64,000 nucleotides of DNA from Isurus oxyrinchus (Eukaryota), in the NCBI GenBank assembly GCA_026770705.1, contig JANJGN010000005.1, positions 26,040,001 to 26,104,000 on the forward strand. The letters are read 5' to 3'. Of the stretch, positions 49,048 through 62,403 are shown piece by piece. Each line of letters begins with the position of its first letter. Position 1 is the stretch's first letter. Both the position numbers and the translations under genes were made by a program. The notes beneath the pieces were generated by a model. The model ran no database searches and was not told where the DNA came from. It saw nothing but the letters and a program-made list of their open reading frames with translations.

Positions 49048-50950
49048 TTAGGAGCAGAAGTAGGCCACACAGCTCCTCAGGCCTGCTCTGCCATTCAATA
49101 AGAACATAAGAACTAGGAGCAGGAGTAGGCAATTCAGCCCCTCGAGCCTGCCCTGCCATTCAATACGATCATGGCTGATCTCATTTCGGCCTCAACTCCA
49201 ATTTCCCGCCCTCTCCTCATAACACTTCAACCTGTTACTAATTTAAAATCTGTCCATCTCCTCCTTAAATTTATTCAGCGTCCTGGCATCCACTGCACTC
49301 TGAGGTAGTGAATTCCACAGATTCACGACCCTTTGAGAAAACTAATTCCTGCTCATCTCTGATTTAAATCTACCACCCCTTAGCCTAAAACTATGGCCTC
49401 TCATTCCAGAATGCCCCAGAAGGAGAAACACCTGCTCCACATCTACTTTGTCTATCCCCTTTAGCATCTTATATACCTGAATTAGATCTCCTCTCATCCT
49501 TCTAAACTTTAGCAAGTATAGGCCTAAACTGCTCAATCTCTCCTCAAAAGACAAGCCCTGCATCTCTGGAATCAATCTAGTGAACCTCCTCTGAACAGCC
49601 TCCAATGCAACTACATTCTTCCTCAAGTAAGGGGACCAAAACTGTGCACAGTCCTCCAGATGTAGTCTCACAAATGCCTTGTGCAGTTGCAACAACACTT
49701 CCCTATTTTTATACTCTATTCCTTTAGCAATAAATGCCAAAATTCCATTTGCCTTCCTTATTACCTGCTGTGCCTACATACTAGCTTTCAGCGATTCATG
49801 CACGAGGACACCCAGATCCCTCTGCACTGAAGCATTCTGAAGTTTCTCTCCATTTAAATATTCTTCTGACCAAAATGGATAACCTCACACTTATCCAAGT
49901 TAAACTCCATCTGCCAAATTTTGGCCCATTCACCTAACCTGTCCATATCCATTTGTAAATTTCTTATTTCTTCATTGCAACTTACTTTCCCATCTATTTT
50001 GGTGTCATCTGCAAATTTAGCTATAGTACCTTCTATCCCTGAATGCAAGTCATTAATATAGATTGTAAATAGTTGGGGCCCAAGGACCGAACCCTGTGGC
50101 ACCCCACTAGTTACAGCTTGCCATCCAGAAAAATACCCATTTATCCCGACTCTCTGCTTTCTGTTGGTTAGCCAATCCTCTATCCAAGCTAATATATTAC
50201 CCCTAACTCTGTGAGATCTTATCTTGTGTATTAATCTTTTGTGCAGCACCTTATCAAAGGTCTTCAGGAAGTCCAGATATACTACATCTACAGGATCCTC
50301 ATTATCCACTTTGCTTGTCACATCTTCAAAGAACTCTACCAAATTAGTCAGACACAATTTACTTTTCATAAAAGCATGCTGACTCTGATGGATTGCATTT
50401 TGACTTTCCAAATGCCCCATTACTGTTTCCTTAATAATGGTTTCCAACAACTTCCTAACAGCAGACGTTAAACCAACTGGTCTGTAGTGTCCTACTTTCT
50501 GCCTCCCCCCTTTTTAAATAAGGGTGTTATATTAGCATTTTTCCAATCCACTGGAACCTTTCCAGAATCCAGGGAATTTTGGAATATTATAGCCAATGCA
50601 TCCACTATCTCCGCTGCCACTTCCTTTAAGACATTGAGATGTTCCTGGGCTCTTGTCATCCTTTCATGCCAATAGTTTGCTCAGTACTTTTTCTCTGAGT
50701 GATGGTGATTGTTCTAAGTTCCTCCTTCTCTATATCCTCTGTATTACCTGTTACTATTGGGGTGGTACTAGTGTTCTCCACTGTGAAAACTGAGGCAAAA
50801 TATCACAGCCATTTCTGCGTTCCCACTATTAACAACCCAGTCTCGTCCTCCAAGGGACCAACATTCACTTTAGCTACTCTCTTTCCTTTTATATACTTGT
50901 GGAACCTTTTGCTATCAGTTTTTACATTTTGTGCTAATTTTCTTCCATAG
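49048..50950 (-). mobile_element. CR1 LINE with RT remnant and duplicated 3' tail
   Basis: VDVVYLDFLKTFDKV, SGVPQGSVLGP and intact FADD (ORF 49854-50450), frameshifted elsewhere. Confidence 0.93.
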
Positions 50951-50954
50951 TTGG

Positions 50955-51485
50955 TTGATCTGATTGCAAACTCAATGCCACATTCCTAACTACCCCGATA
51001 ACCTTTCACCCTCTTGCTTATCAAGGATCTACCAAGCTCTGCCTTAAGAATAGTCAAAGATTCTGCTTTCACCACCTTTTGTGGACAAGAGTTCCAAAGA
51101 CCACAACTCTCTCAGAAAAAAAATTCTCCTCATCTTTGCTTAAAAGGGTGACCTCTTATTTTTAAACCATGACCACTAGTTCTAGTTTCTCCCACAAGAG
51201 GAAACATCCTTTCCACATCCACCCAGTCAAGACCCCTCGGGAGCTTATCTGTTTCAATCAAGTCACCTCTTACTCTTCTAAACTCCAGTGGATACAAGCC
51301 TGGCCTGCCCAATCTTTTCTCATAAGACAACCGTCTCATTCCAGGTATTAGTCTAGTAAACCTTCTCTAAACTGCTTCCAATGCATTTACATCCTTCCTT
51401 AAATATGGAGACCAACACTGTACACAGTACTCCAGATGTGGTCACACCAATGCCCTGTATAACTGAAGCATAACATCTCTACTTC
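50955..51485 (-). mobile_element. CR1 3' fragment
   Basis: LYPLEFRRVRGDLIET...MFPLVGETRT. Confidence 0.85.
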
Positions 51486-52089
51486 ACTTAAAATGCAGAA
51501 AAGACTGGGTTGTAGTTTCACCAGGTTGAAACCTCATTTCTAAGGTATGCCTGATGCTGCTTCTGGCTGTACTCCACATTAAAGCAGGTTTAGTTTCCTG
51601 ACTGGATAGTAATGGAAGGGGTACTATGCTATCATGATACAGATGGTGTTACATAACTCTGCTGCTACTGCCCACACCCTCATAGATACCCTGTGGGTTC
51701 TACTTAGCACAGCAGTAGTATCATGATGTACAATCCCTCAATGCGCAGAAGGAATTTTGTGCTCACAAGCACTATACAACAACCATTCCTATCTATCCTG
51801 TTGTGTCTACAATGGGTAGGTTGGTGAAGACAAGGTTCATGTTGGTTCTCTAACCACTTGATGTAAGCCAGCCTGGGAGCTATGTCATTCAGTAGGATAA
51901 CATCTAGTGTGGTCATTGGTGGTACTAGCAAGCCGCCTACCCAGAGTGAATTCTATGTTCTTATCTCACTCCAAGTGGTGCTCAAGATAGAGGATATTGA
52001 TTTGAAGGGTCAGTGAATCACAGAAGATGAAGCTGGAAGTTTCCCTCACCTTAAGCATTGAAATGCCTTAACTTTTGATGGGTCTCCTT

Positions 52090-52440
52090 TACTCTTTCGT
52101 GGGATATGGGTGTCGCTGGCATGTTGCCCATCCCTCTTGAACTGAACGGCTTGCTGGGCCATTGAGGGCAGTTAAGAGCCAACCGCAGTGCTGTGGGTCT
52201 GGAGTGATTTGTAAGCCAGACCAGAAAAGGATGGCAAATTTCCTTCCCTAAAGGGCATAAGTGAACTAGCTGGGCTTTTACAACAATCAATGATACTTAT
52301 CATGGCTACAATTCCAGATTTATTAATTGAATTTAAATTCTGTCAGCTGCCATGGTGGGATTTGAACCCATGACATTAGGGCCATTAGCCTGGGCCTCTG
52401 AATTACTAGTCTAGTGACACTATCAATACACCACCATCCC
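52090..52440 (-). mobile_element. tRNA-SINE (family of 12050)
   Basis: Reverse-complement match including head GATGGTGGTGTATTGATAGTGTCACTAGACTAG and the LINE B tail. Confidence 0.8.
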
Positions 52441-53234
52441 CTAACCTACTGGTGGGATATGACATACCACGATTGCACACCAATGCCCAGGTCTAAATAA
52501 GAAGGTCTCTGCACAGCCAGCTGGGTTGAGATTGCCTTATTCTTGTCAATTTGCCTATTTTCCTTTCATTTAAATTCTGGATCTGGATGTCTTTTTGGGG
52601 CACTTTGGAAGCTATTAAGAGACATATGTAGGCCAGATTGGACAGTACTTAGTGGCAGCTGAGATTTTATTTTTAAAAGAGCAGCTTAGAGTCATTTACA
52701 GCACAATGGGAGGCCACTCAGCCCATCAGGTCTATGCCAGAAGGGTCATTTTTTTCTGATGTCAAGTTCATTATCCATCTCGTTCACATTTAAAGGTTGC
52801 ACAATGAAATGCTTGTTGCCTGACAGATAATCTCTTAAATTGTTTCTATATTACAATCATTCTCAATTGATACTGTAAATTTTCCTCTATTTTTCTTTCC
52901 AAATTCCAAAGATATTTTTCGGCATGCTCACTACAACACTAATGCATTGGAAGTAAAAGTCAAATTAATTCCTTCCAAGGGTCTCAAGATTGTGTAACTC
53001 CTTGCTTCTTTCAATGTTCCCTTGCTCCTACACTCCCGAAGCTCTTAAAAACTCCAGGTTGGCATCACCTAATCACTATTTCATGATTCACCTTATATTT
53101 TATTATTTTTAAAGTTGGCAGTGTCCTCTTGGATTCTCAATAGTTTAATATACAAAGTTTTGTGATCAGACAGCATTCTACATGGTAACTTCATTAACCG
53201 GTGATATAACATTCAATGAGTAAGCATTACTTAC

Positions 53235-53344
53235 TGATTCTCTCAAAGAGCTCTCCAACGTTAATGGCATTCTTTGCACTTGTTTCAACAAAGATCGCAT
53301 TAATGAACTTAACATACTCCTGGGCATCCTTCACTGTAACCTCT
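53235..53344 (-). CDS. RAB31: RAB31 coding exon (equivalent to exon 6), 110 nt: (R)EVTVKDAQEYVKFINAIFVETSAKNAINVGELFERI(S)
   Basis: ttgctgttccag|AGAGGTT...AGAATCA|gtaagt. Contains the G5 motif ETSAK. Phase 2/1 joins both flanking exons. Confidence 0.96.
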
Positions 53345-53785
53345 CTGGAACAGCAAACAGAGATTGATTAGTCAAACCTGCATCAACCAGGGATAGAGGG
53401 AAAGTAGGAAAAATTTTCCGTTTTTTGAGGTTTGCGTATGTATAAGTGGTTCATCCAATTAATAGCTGTGCATCATAAAATTAGAATATTTTCTAATGAG
53501 ATATTATTCATTCACAGCCTTTTTTAAAATTGTGAGCAACTGATGATGTTGTATCTATATTATTTTAAATGGTAAAATGTAACCGTGAAAACTGCTTCCA
53601 CGAGCCAAGCTCATCACATCAACAAACTGCTGTCAATTCGCAAAAATAAAGATACTTTGCAGTGCAATGCAGTTTGAGGGAAGCGGCAAAAGCCTTTAAT
53701 ATAGATGCAATCATTGATTACTAAAAGGGCAGCGATAATCTGCTGCTTCTACACAAACCAACCTAGATCATGTGCAAATACAAAC

Positions 53786-53892
53786 CTCATATCAGAAAGG
53801 TCACATTTATTGCCAGCAATTGCGACCACAATATTTTCAGGCCCATGCTCTTTCAATTCCTTTACCCATTTCTTCAAAGTGTAGAAGGACTC
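53786..53892 (-). CDS. RAB31: RAB31 coding exon (equivalent to exon 5), 107 nt: ESFYTLKKWVKELKEHGPENIVVAIAGNKCDLSDM(R)
   Basis: ctttccactcag|GAGTCC...GATATGAG|gtttgt. Contains the G4 motif NKCD and is near-identical to human RAB31 SFYTLKKWVKELKEHGPENIV. In frame with both neighbours. Confidence 0.97.
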
Positions 53893-54969
53893 CTGAGTGG
53901 AAAGACACAGTGAACATGATCAGAGCTCCAAATAAAAAAGACATTATTTTCTCACAGTTCACAAGTTTAGCTTTAGTAATAAATCTGTTAAGGCACATGT
54001 CTATTTAGTTATTTAATTTCCTCTTTTAGTTTTCCCTTACCATGCATCATCTCACAGTGGGGCAGTGCTGTTGATATTTCCGGCAATGAATGTTCACTAG
54101 GCAACCTTTCATCTTTCAGATTACTGTAAACAACAAACTTTTTTTTAAAAAATCTTGTTTTTTTTGAAAAGCGATGATTTTCCAAAACTTCCCTAATGGC
54201 TATATTGGCTCTTTCAGTCAAGAGAACTCTGAGTTGTCATCAGTGGTCTTCCACAATTGCCTAACAATTGGTTTTCATGCAGCAGAGTGAATCATCTCTT
54301 CAGTTCCTGTCATCTCTTCAGAGTTGAAACCTCTCACCATACCGGCTTCAGATCTGGAGCTGACACATTCCCAAACAGCGACAGACAGCCTTTTCATGTC
54401 ATGGTGGCCCTGGGATGGGAAGAGATCTGATGATCTGTTTGTGAGCCTGGTGCTGTGCTTCTGGATCATCTCAAACTCAGGAATGTCATATGTGAACATT
54501 TAGGCAAAAATATTTTCTTTGACCCGTGGAAAGTGCAGCCAGAAATGGAAACTGTAAAGATTGCTGTTAGACACTTTGAGTTATCTTGTTCCTGCAAATA
54601 CAATCACGGGGTGCTGAGTAATAGCTTTTCATCAAGCACGTCTGAGAATTATCCGGTGACTGGTTGTTTTTAGTCTGCTAGTCTAATTTAACCGACCTTT
54701 AACTGTATGGAAGAAATACATTTCAAAACACTCGTTAAAAATGCTCCTTTTCAAGAATGCCTGTGAGCCCTAGACATGTTTGATGAAAAACTATTACTCA
54801 GCATCCCACGATAGTACTTTCAGAAACAAGCTAACTCAAAGCCCTAACCCTCCTCATTTTCGCTTTTCACCTCCAGCTCAATGCCCACCGTTTCTTTCTT
54901 ACTGTATAGTACTTTGTGACAACTCCGCATATCATAGAACCCATGTTTCCTATAATGTCGATACAGCAT

Positions 54970-55872
54970 GGAACTAAGTAGGCCATTTGGCCCTTCAAGC
55001 CTGCTCCACCATTCATTAAGATCATGCCCGATCTGCTTGAGTTTCGAGCTCCACATTCCCATCTACCCCCGGTAACTTTTGACTCCCTTGCCTAACAAGA
55101 ATCTATCAACCTCCACCTTAAAAGTGCTCAATGACCCTGCCTCTACTTCCTTCTGAGGGAAAGAGTTCCAAAGTCGTACAACCCTCAGAGAAAAAATTTC
55201 TCCTCATCTCTGTCCTAAAAGAGCGATCCCTAATTTTAGGACAGTGCCCCCTAGTTCTGGACTCACCCACAAGGGGAAACACCCATTCCACATCCACCTT
55301 GTTGAGACTATTCAACATCTTATATACTCCAATCATCACCCCTTACTCTTCTAAACTCCAGTGCAGACAAGCCCAGTCTGTCCAATCTTTCCTTGTAAGA
55401 CAACCCACTCATTCCAGATATCAACCTTGTAAACCTCCTCTGAACCACCTCCAATGCATTTACATCCTTCCTTAAATAAGGAGACCAGAACTGCACATAG
55501 TATTCAAGATGTGGTCACATCTGTATAATTGAGGTATAATAGCCTTACTTTTATGTTCAATTCCTCTCGTCATAAAGGATAGCATTCCATTAGCCTTCTT
55601 GATTACATGCTGTATCTGCATTCTAACTTATTGTGACTCCTGCACGAGAACACCTAGATCTCTCTGCACCTTAGAATTTTGCAGTCATTCTCAGTTTAAG
55701 TAATACTCTGCTTTTTAATTCTTCCTGCCAAAGTGAACAACTTCACATTTTCCCATATTATACTCCATCTGCCAGATTTTTGCCCATCTATATCCGCCCA
55801 TCAACCCATCTATATCCGCCTGCAACTCATTCTGTCTTTTTCACAACATAATTTCTGGCCTATCTTGGTGTT
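54970..55872 (-). mobile_element. CR1 3' fragment
   Basis: VFPLVGESRTRGH...FRTEMRRNFFS. Confidence 0.88.
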
Positions 55873-55874
55873 AC

Positions 55875-56190
55875 TTTCCAAACCCGTGACCTCTACCATT
55901 TAGAAAGACAAAGGCAGCAAATGCTCAGGCACACCAACAGCTGCAAGTTCCCCTCTAAGCCACTCAAAACCCAGACTTGGAACTATATCACCATTCCACC
56001 ACTGTCGCTGGATCAAAATCCTGGAACTCCCTCCCTAACAGTACCGTGGGTGTGCTTATACCACATGGACTGTAGCGGTTCAAGAAGGCAGCTCACCACC
56101 ACCTTCTCAAAGGCAATTAGGGATGGGTAATAAAATACTGTCCAAGCCAGCAAAACCCACAACCCATGAACAAACATTAAAAAAAATATT
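55875..56190 (+). mobile_element. LINE family B 3' fragment
   Basis: CKFPSKPL...SGSRRQLTTTFSKAIRDG plus the family tail. Confidence 0.8.
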
Positions 56191-57646
56191 TGGAAGAAAA
56201 TATATTGTGGGGGAAATCCAGTTTTTTCCTGTCCCGTCAGGCTTTTTGTTTAAATGTTTCTCCTTTAGAAGTATCTACCTGTGCAGAAGCTTTTCTTGGT
56301 TGTCGTTATGCATGTATTTTAGGTGTAGAAAATGTTGAGAGTCCAGTCGATCCAGAAGAGCTTGAGTTTGCTTTAATATTAGCCACTCAAGGAGGATGAC
56401 AGGGTGGTGAGGTGTAGGGGTTAATGAAGGAAAACTTTAATTGTTGTTGGATTCTTGGCCGCCTCCCAAGCACCAAGTCTCACATTTCTTTAATAACTTT
56501 TAATAGAGGCAAAGTGTGAGTTTGCAAAGCCTTACTTTGAGAACAGTTTGATTTCTAACTTAAATCTTTAGATCTAAGTAGCCCCCGAAAATCAAAAAAG
56601 TAGCCCTTGAGAAAATCTCAAAAAGAGCCCTGAAAGAGAAAAATATATTTTGTCCCCTGTCCTTAAGCGACCCTTAATTGGCCACTTAAAGGCCTCTGTA
56701 GGCCTAAGGCCCAACACGTCCCCTGTAAAATTTCAGACAGGTCAGGGGCAGATGGCTAGGCAGCGAGAAGGCCACCTATTGAATTTTGTTTGTTCCCCCT
56801 TCAAACCCACTGGTGGGGCAGTGCAAAACCCAGCCCCAGGAGTGGGATCCCTGGGTGATTATTATTTGTTAATTTCCCCTTCCCTGTTCTACTGATTCTG
56901 AAGCCATTTTCAGTGCCATCCCTATACCAACTTAATCAGCTAACTCACAAAGGCACATAGATGAGGGAGAGCATACAGTCCATCTACTTCTTCCTTTCAT
57001 AGAAGCCTATCGCTGCATCTCCTATCTCTTGAATTAATCCAGGGTTTTTGCCTCCAATGCTGCTTGTTGTTAAGGAGTGAATTCAATGGTTGAAAAGCTG
57101 CGTACGGATCTGCAATGATGTCTCTTTGAAGGCAGGTACATTGTGACTCTTCTTCCTTTTCTCTTCCGATAGATTCTCCCCAAGAGGTGAGAACAAGACG
57201 TACAACAGCGCCTGGCACTTCATTACACTGAGCACTAACTACTACCACCTCACAACCTACAGTGAGAAAGTTTGAGGAATTGGCACTTCGAATGAAGCAC
57301 AACTAAGTGCAGGTCGCTGAAAAGGAAGCAGATGGATAGGGCAAAGCTGCCAACCCACAGCAGTTGCTATAAGAAAGGCTTGCATTTATATAGCACCTTC
57401 CAAAACCTCAGGACATCCCAAAGCACTTTCCAGTCAATGAAGTTTTTGTTTTATTCATTCAGAAGATGTGAGCACTCCTGGTAAGGCCAGCATTTAATGC
57501 CCATCCCCAACTGCATTAGGAAGGCAGTGGTGAGCTTCCTTCCTGAACTGAATGGATTGCTAGGCCACTTCAGAGGGAAGTTAAGAGTCAATTACATTGC
57601 TATGGGTTTGAAATCATATAGACCGGAGCAGGTAAGCACAACGGAT

Positions 57647-58620
57647 TTAAAAGCGAAATATGCTGGAAATACTCAGCAGGTCTGGCAGCATCTGTGGAGA
57701 CAGAAACAGAGCTAATGTTTCAGGTCAAGGCTTCTGAGGAAAGGTCCACTTGCAGTTTGGGAGATCACTTTGCAGAATTCCAGAAGCATGACGCCGACCT
57801 TCCATTTGCTTGCCATTTTAATTCACCACCTCTCTCTCTCCCTCTCATTCATATTTCTGTCATCAGCTTGCTGTAGGGAAGCTCAGCACAAGTGTGAGGA
57901 ACAGCACCTCATCTTCTGATTCGGCACTTTACAGCCTTCTGGACTCAACACTGAGGTTTTTTTCTTAGTCACTCATGAGATGTGGGCTTCGCTGGCTAGG
58001 CCAGTATGTATTGCCCCTCCATAATTGCCCTTGAGAAGGTGGTGGTGAGCTGCCTTCTTGAACCGCTATAGTCCATGTGGTGTAGGTACAGCCAGTGCTG
58101 TGAGGGAGGTAGTTCCAGGGTTTTGACCCAGCAAATTGAAGGAACGGTGATATATTTCCACGTCAGGGTAGGGAGTGGCTTGGAGGGGAATAATAACTTC
58201 AACTTTGACTTCAACAACTTCAGACCATGAACTTTGTCCTCTACTTTGATTATTTTTTTCCCCCAAGTACCAGTCTGTATCTTGCATTCATGTATTTGCT
58301 TCCAGAACTGTCCTTTATTCTGCCATTAACAGTTACTCTGGACCAATGCTTTGTTTCTTTACTCCTACCATTAACACTCCCTTTGCCTTTTGTTCCATGA
58401 CATCTTTGTAATTTAACCTCCCTGTCCTCTAACCTATCCCTGACCTTCCCTTTTTGCTCAATCTGACCCTCTTCCCTTTTTCAAAAGCATAAAATCCATC
58501 ATATTTCTACCTCTGTTTGGTTCCGAAGAAGTGCCACATTGGACTTGAAACGTTAACAGTTTCTCTCTCTCCACAGGTGCTGCCAGACCGGTTGTGTTTT
58601 TCCAGCATTTTGTTTTTGTT
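57647..58620 (+). mobile_element. Truncated PLE with inverted 5' pseudo-LTR, GIY-YIG C-terminus and 3' pseudo-LTR; LINE B fragment inserted at 57956-58190
   Basis: Inverted pLTR at 57647-57726. LGDHFAE...KHDADLPFACHFNSP and EEQHLIF peptides. Hammerhead-like GGTT-CCGAAGA-AGTGCC-ACATTG-GACTT-GAAAC-GTT-AAC at 58519-58557. Confidence 0.8.
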
Positions 58621-59564
58621 CACCTAAGTCTGCTTGTTGGAATGTGAGCCATTCAGACGTGGTGTGAACACATCACTAATGCACAGTGCAAATGAGGCCC
58701 CACGATGTATGCACAATCTTGTAAAATTAGCACCGCTGTGTACTTTAAGGAAATGCTGCTTTTATTTCAGATCTCCTGGTTCTTTTGTTTCTACCAGAGT
58801 GGCAACCGTGACTAATTGCTTTCTGCTCATTTTCTGCTACCAATTTCCAGGATCGATGCAAGATTAACTAACTCATTTCAGACTCTGGGTCCAACTGGCA
58901 AACCTCTGTGGGCTGTGTGCTCAATATCAAACTGTGCACTTAGTAACTGAGTGTTCAGGGAGCTTTGGGATTACTCATTGCATTTTGGTAGACACATCTG
59001 CATTTCATGAAAAACTTGTGTCTCTTCCACTCCATTAGTTGGTACCAGAGACAGCAGATAGCCTGAAATATTGTACATGAAGCCGCGAAATAATCAATGC
59101 AAATGGATTTATATTGACTGCAGTCGGCTGAAAATGTTCCAGTGCGGGTTCATAACAATACAAATGAATGGGATATGATTCTCATGTATTTACTAATGAC
59201 TTGCAGTCAGTAATGTGATGATTTCAAGAAGGTCCTTTACAATTTTTAGAAATTTTATTTGCTGTGAATTGATTTGGCCTGAGTAGTAGCTCTAAAGTTA
59301 CCCACAAAAACATCTGACTAGAGTCTGGGACTACCAGAGGCTCTGAACATTCTGCAGCTGAAAGGGAACATTTTAAAAAGGAGAATATGGTTAAAGTCCT
59401 TCATTAGGCTGACACTATTTAAAAATAAAGATACAAAATTTTCCCCCTCAACTGGCAGAGCAGCTGCAGAGTTGAGATACATTGTTTAAGTTATGTTTTA
59501 GGCACACTGACTTTGTTAAGGGAATAATGGCTGATCAATCACCATGATGATATTACAGGTACAT

Positions 59565-59945
59565 GGGGAGATGGTTGCCTAGGGGTAATGTCACTGGACT
59601 TGTAATCTAAAGGCCCAGATTAATGCTCTGGGGACATGGGTTCAAGCCCCAGCTTGGCAGCTGGTGGAATTTAAATTCAATTTTTGATTTAAAAAGAAAA
59701 TCAGGAATTGAAAGCTAGTGTCAGTAATGTTTACCATGAAACTATCACCAATTGTTGGAAAAACCCGTCTGGTTCACCAATGTCCTTTAGGGAGGGGAAT
59801 CTGCCATCCTTACCTGGTCTGGCCTACATGTGACTCCAGACCCACAGCAATGTGTTTGGCTCTTAACAGCCCTCAAGGGCAATTAGGGATGGGCAACAAA
59901 TGCTGTCCTTGCCAGCGACTCCCACATCCATGAACAAACAAAAAG
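59565..59945 (+). mobile_element. tRNA-SINE (family of 12050)
   Basis: Full-length match: head, GGGTTCAAGCCC B-box, body and tail. Confidence 0.85.
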
Positions 59946-60099
59946 AGGTAGAGTTCTTTCGTTCAATGTCAGGCTTAATCTTTCAAAATTTAACATTACT
60001 TTCCTCATTGCCATCCCATGATATTTTTTATTTATTCTTTCATGGGATTTGGGTGTCACTGGCAAAAAGCCAGCATTTGTTGCCCATACCCATTTTTTC

Positions 60100-60900
60100 C
60101 CCAAAAATATACTTTATTCATAAAATTTATAAAAGTACATTACAAAACATTATCTCGGAAATTACAGAAAGTGCAATAAAATTCAACTCGTCTCCAAATC
60201 GCATGAGGTGCCTCAATACAATTCTAATACACTTGATACTTACAATATACATTCCATGTCAGGCATACACCCTGAAGGCAAAATGCTTCAAATTGAAGAT
60301 TACAGTTAAGCGCAATAGAATTCAGCTTTCTTCTATACAGCATGTTCCACTCTTAGGAGCTTCAGTACTTTTGATCTTTACAATATACATTCCTTATCAG
60401 ACATACAGCCTGAGGGGTTCTACATAGTTTCTAGCCCGTGTACTATTGCTGAAAGGCCTTAGACATTGACATTTCCCTATGGTACCTCTGAGGTAGCTGC
60501 CCTAAACTTTAGTGTGTCCCTCAGCACGTAGTCCTGGACCTAGGAATGTTCCAGTTTGCAACACTCAGTTGAGGACAAATCTGCACTGGAAGTTCAGTAA
60601 GTTTCAGGCAGATCAAAGAGTGTCTTTCACCGAGTTGATGGTCCTCAAGCTGCAGTTGATGTTCATCTCAGTGTGTGTCCCTGGGAACAGCCCACAGAGG
60701 ACAGTACAGAGATCTGTGTCACAGAACTGCTCGGGATGAACCTCAACAAAAACTACTGCAACTGTCTCCACATCTTCTTTGCAAAGGCACATTCCAGAAG
60801 GAGGTAGACAACAGTTCCTTCCCCACCACAGCCAACTCAAGGGCAATGTGCATAAGGGATGAGAGTCAGGTGAGTAGAATCTGATGAGGAGCGTCTATCT
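60100..60900 (-). mobile_element. Tx1/L1-clade LINE 3' fragment
   Basis: EDVETVA...VLCGLFPGTHTEMNINCSLRTINSVKDTL, resembling the zinc-finger-distal region of Tx1 ORF2. AATAAA near the 3' end. Confidence 0.6.
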
Positions 60901-60949
60901 CACCGCCAACCACGCTACGTCTTGGTTGCTCATACTTAAATGCCATCGA

Positions 60950-61240
60950 TCTAGGTGGCTTGCTAGGCCACTTAAGAAGGCAATTAGTGTCAGCCATGTT
61001 GCTGTGGATCTGGAGTCACTTGTAGGCCAGACCAGGTAAGGACATTAGTGAACCAGATGGGTTTCTATAACCAGAAATAATAGTTGTCATGGTCGACTGA
61101 GACAAAAATTCAATTAATAAAATCTGGAACTGAAAGCAAATTCCACCAGCTGCAATGGTGGAATTTGAACCCATGCCCCCCGAGCATTAACCTGCACCCC
61201 TAGGTTACTAGTACAGTGACATTACCATTATGGCACAAAT
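60950..61240 (-). mobile_element. tRNA-SINE (family of 12050), partial
   Basis: CTGGAGTCACTTGTAGGCCAGACCAGGTAAGGACATTAGTGAACCAG...TTTGAACCCATG. Confidence 0.75.
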
Positions 61241-61486
61241 CCACTCCCTGCCCCCTCCCACCACACCCCCAAAATGCTAATTACATATTAATTTTGTTTA
61301 ATTGTAGTAGTCACTGGGCATGAGCTTGGGATTCTCTTGTGTTCACATGAATAGGAATAGACTGGATCTGCAGTGGTTGGGTTTGGAGGTGTACGTTTGT
61401 AATGTGTATCACTGCAAATAATTAGGCTCCAGTTCCATTCTCCACCACTTGGCTTCATGGGAATAGAACATTCTGCAACAGATAGT

Positions 61487-62403
61487 GACCGTTCCCTCCG
61501 TGACACCCTGGTCCACACCTCCATCACCCCCAACACCTCATTCCCTTCCCATGGCACCTCCCCATGCAATCACTGAAGGTGTAACACCTGCTCCTTTACG
61601 TCCTCTCTCTCCACCATCCAAGACCTCAAATACTCCTTTCAGGTGAAACAGCGATTCACTTGCACTTCTTTCAATTTAGTCTACTATTTGCGCTACTCAC
61701 AACATGGCCTCCGCTACACTGGGGAGAATAAATGCAGACAGGGTGACCGCTTTTGACCTTCACTCAGTTCGCAAGCATGACCCCAACATTCCTGTCACTT
61801 ATCATTTCACCACCCCATCCTGCTCTCATGCCCACATGTCGGTCCTTGGCCTGCTGCATTGTTCCAGTGAAGGACAGCACAAACTGGAGTAACAGCACCT
61901 CATCTTCCAATTAGGCACTTTACAGCCTTCTGGACTGAACATTGAGTTCAAGAACTTCAGACCATGAACTCTACCCTCCATTTTGATCATTTTTCCCACC
62001 CCCTTCCCCCACTTGGACCTTGAAACTTGTTTTTATGTTTTGCTTTCACAGAGCACTAAACCTTGTTCTGCTATTTACACATTCTGTTATCTTACCTTTA
62101 TGCCACTATCAGCACCTTCTGTAGTCTTTAACACTACCATTAACACTCGCTTTGTCTAGTGTCCATGACATCTTTGCCCCCACCTATCCCTGACCTTCTA
62201 TTTTGCTCCACCTGCTCCAGCCCCTCTTAACCAGTATAAAATCCATCACATTTCTACTTCTCTTCAGCTCTGAAGAAGTCATACAGACACAAAATGTTAA
62301 CCCTGTTTTTCTCTCCACAGATGCTGCCAGTCCTGCTGAGTTTTTCCAGCATTTTCTGTTTTTATTTCAGATTTCTAGCATCCACAGTATTTTGCTTTTA
62401 TTT
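61487..62403 (+). mobile_element. Penelope-like element 3' part: Cys-rich linker, GIY-YIG endonuclease pseudogene and pseudo-LTR
   Basis: DRSLRDTLVH...PCNH*RCNTC...FTCTSFNLVYYLRYSQHGLRYTGENK...GDRF (degenerate VY/YIGET), then PVTYHF and QHLIFQLGTLQPSGLNIEF. The pLTR has CTGAAGA at 62270 and the GATGCTGCCAG...CTGCTGAG motif. Confidence 0.88.
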
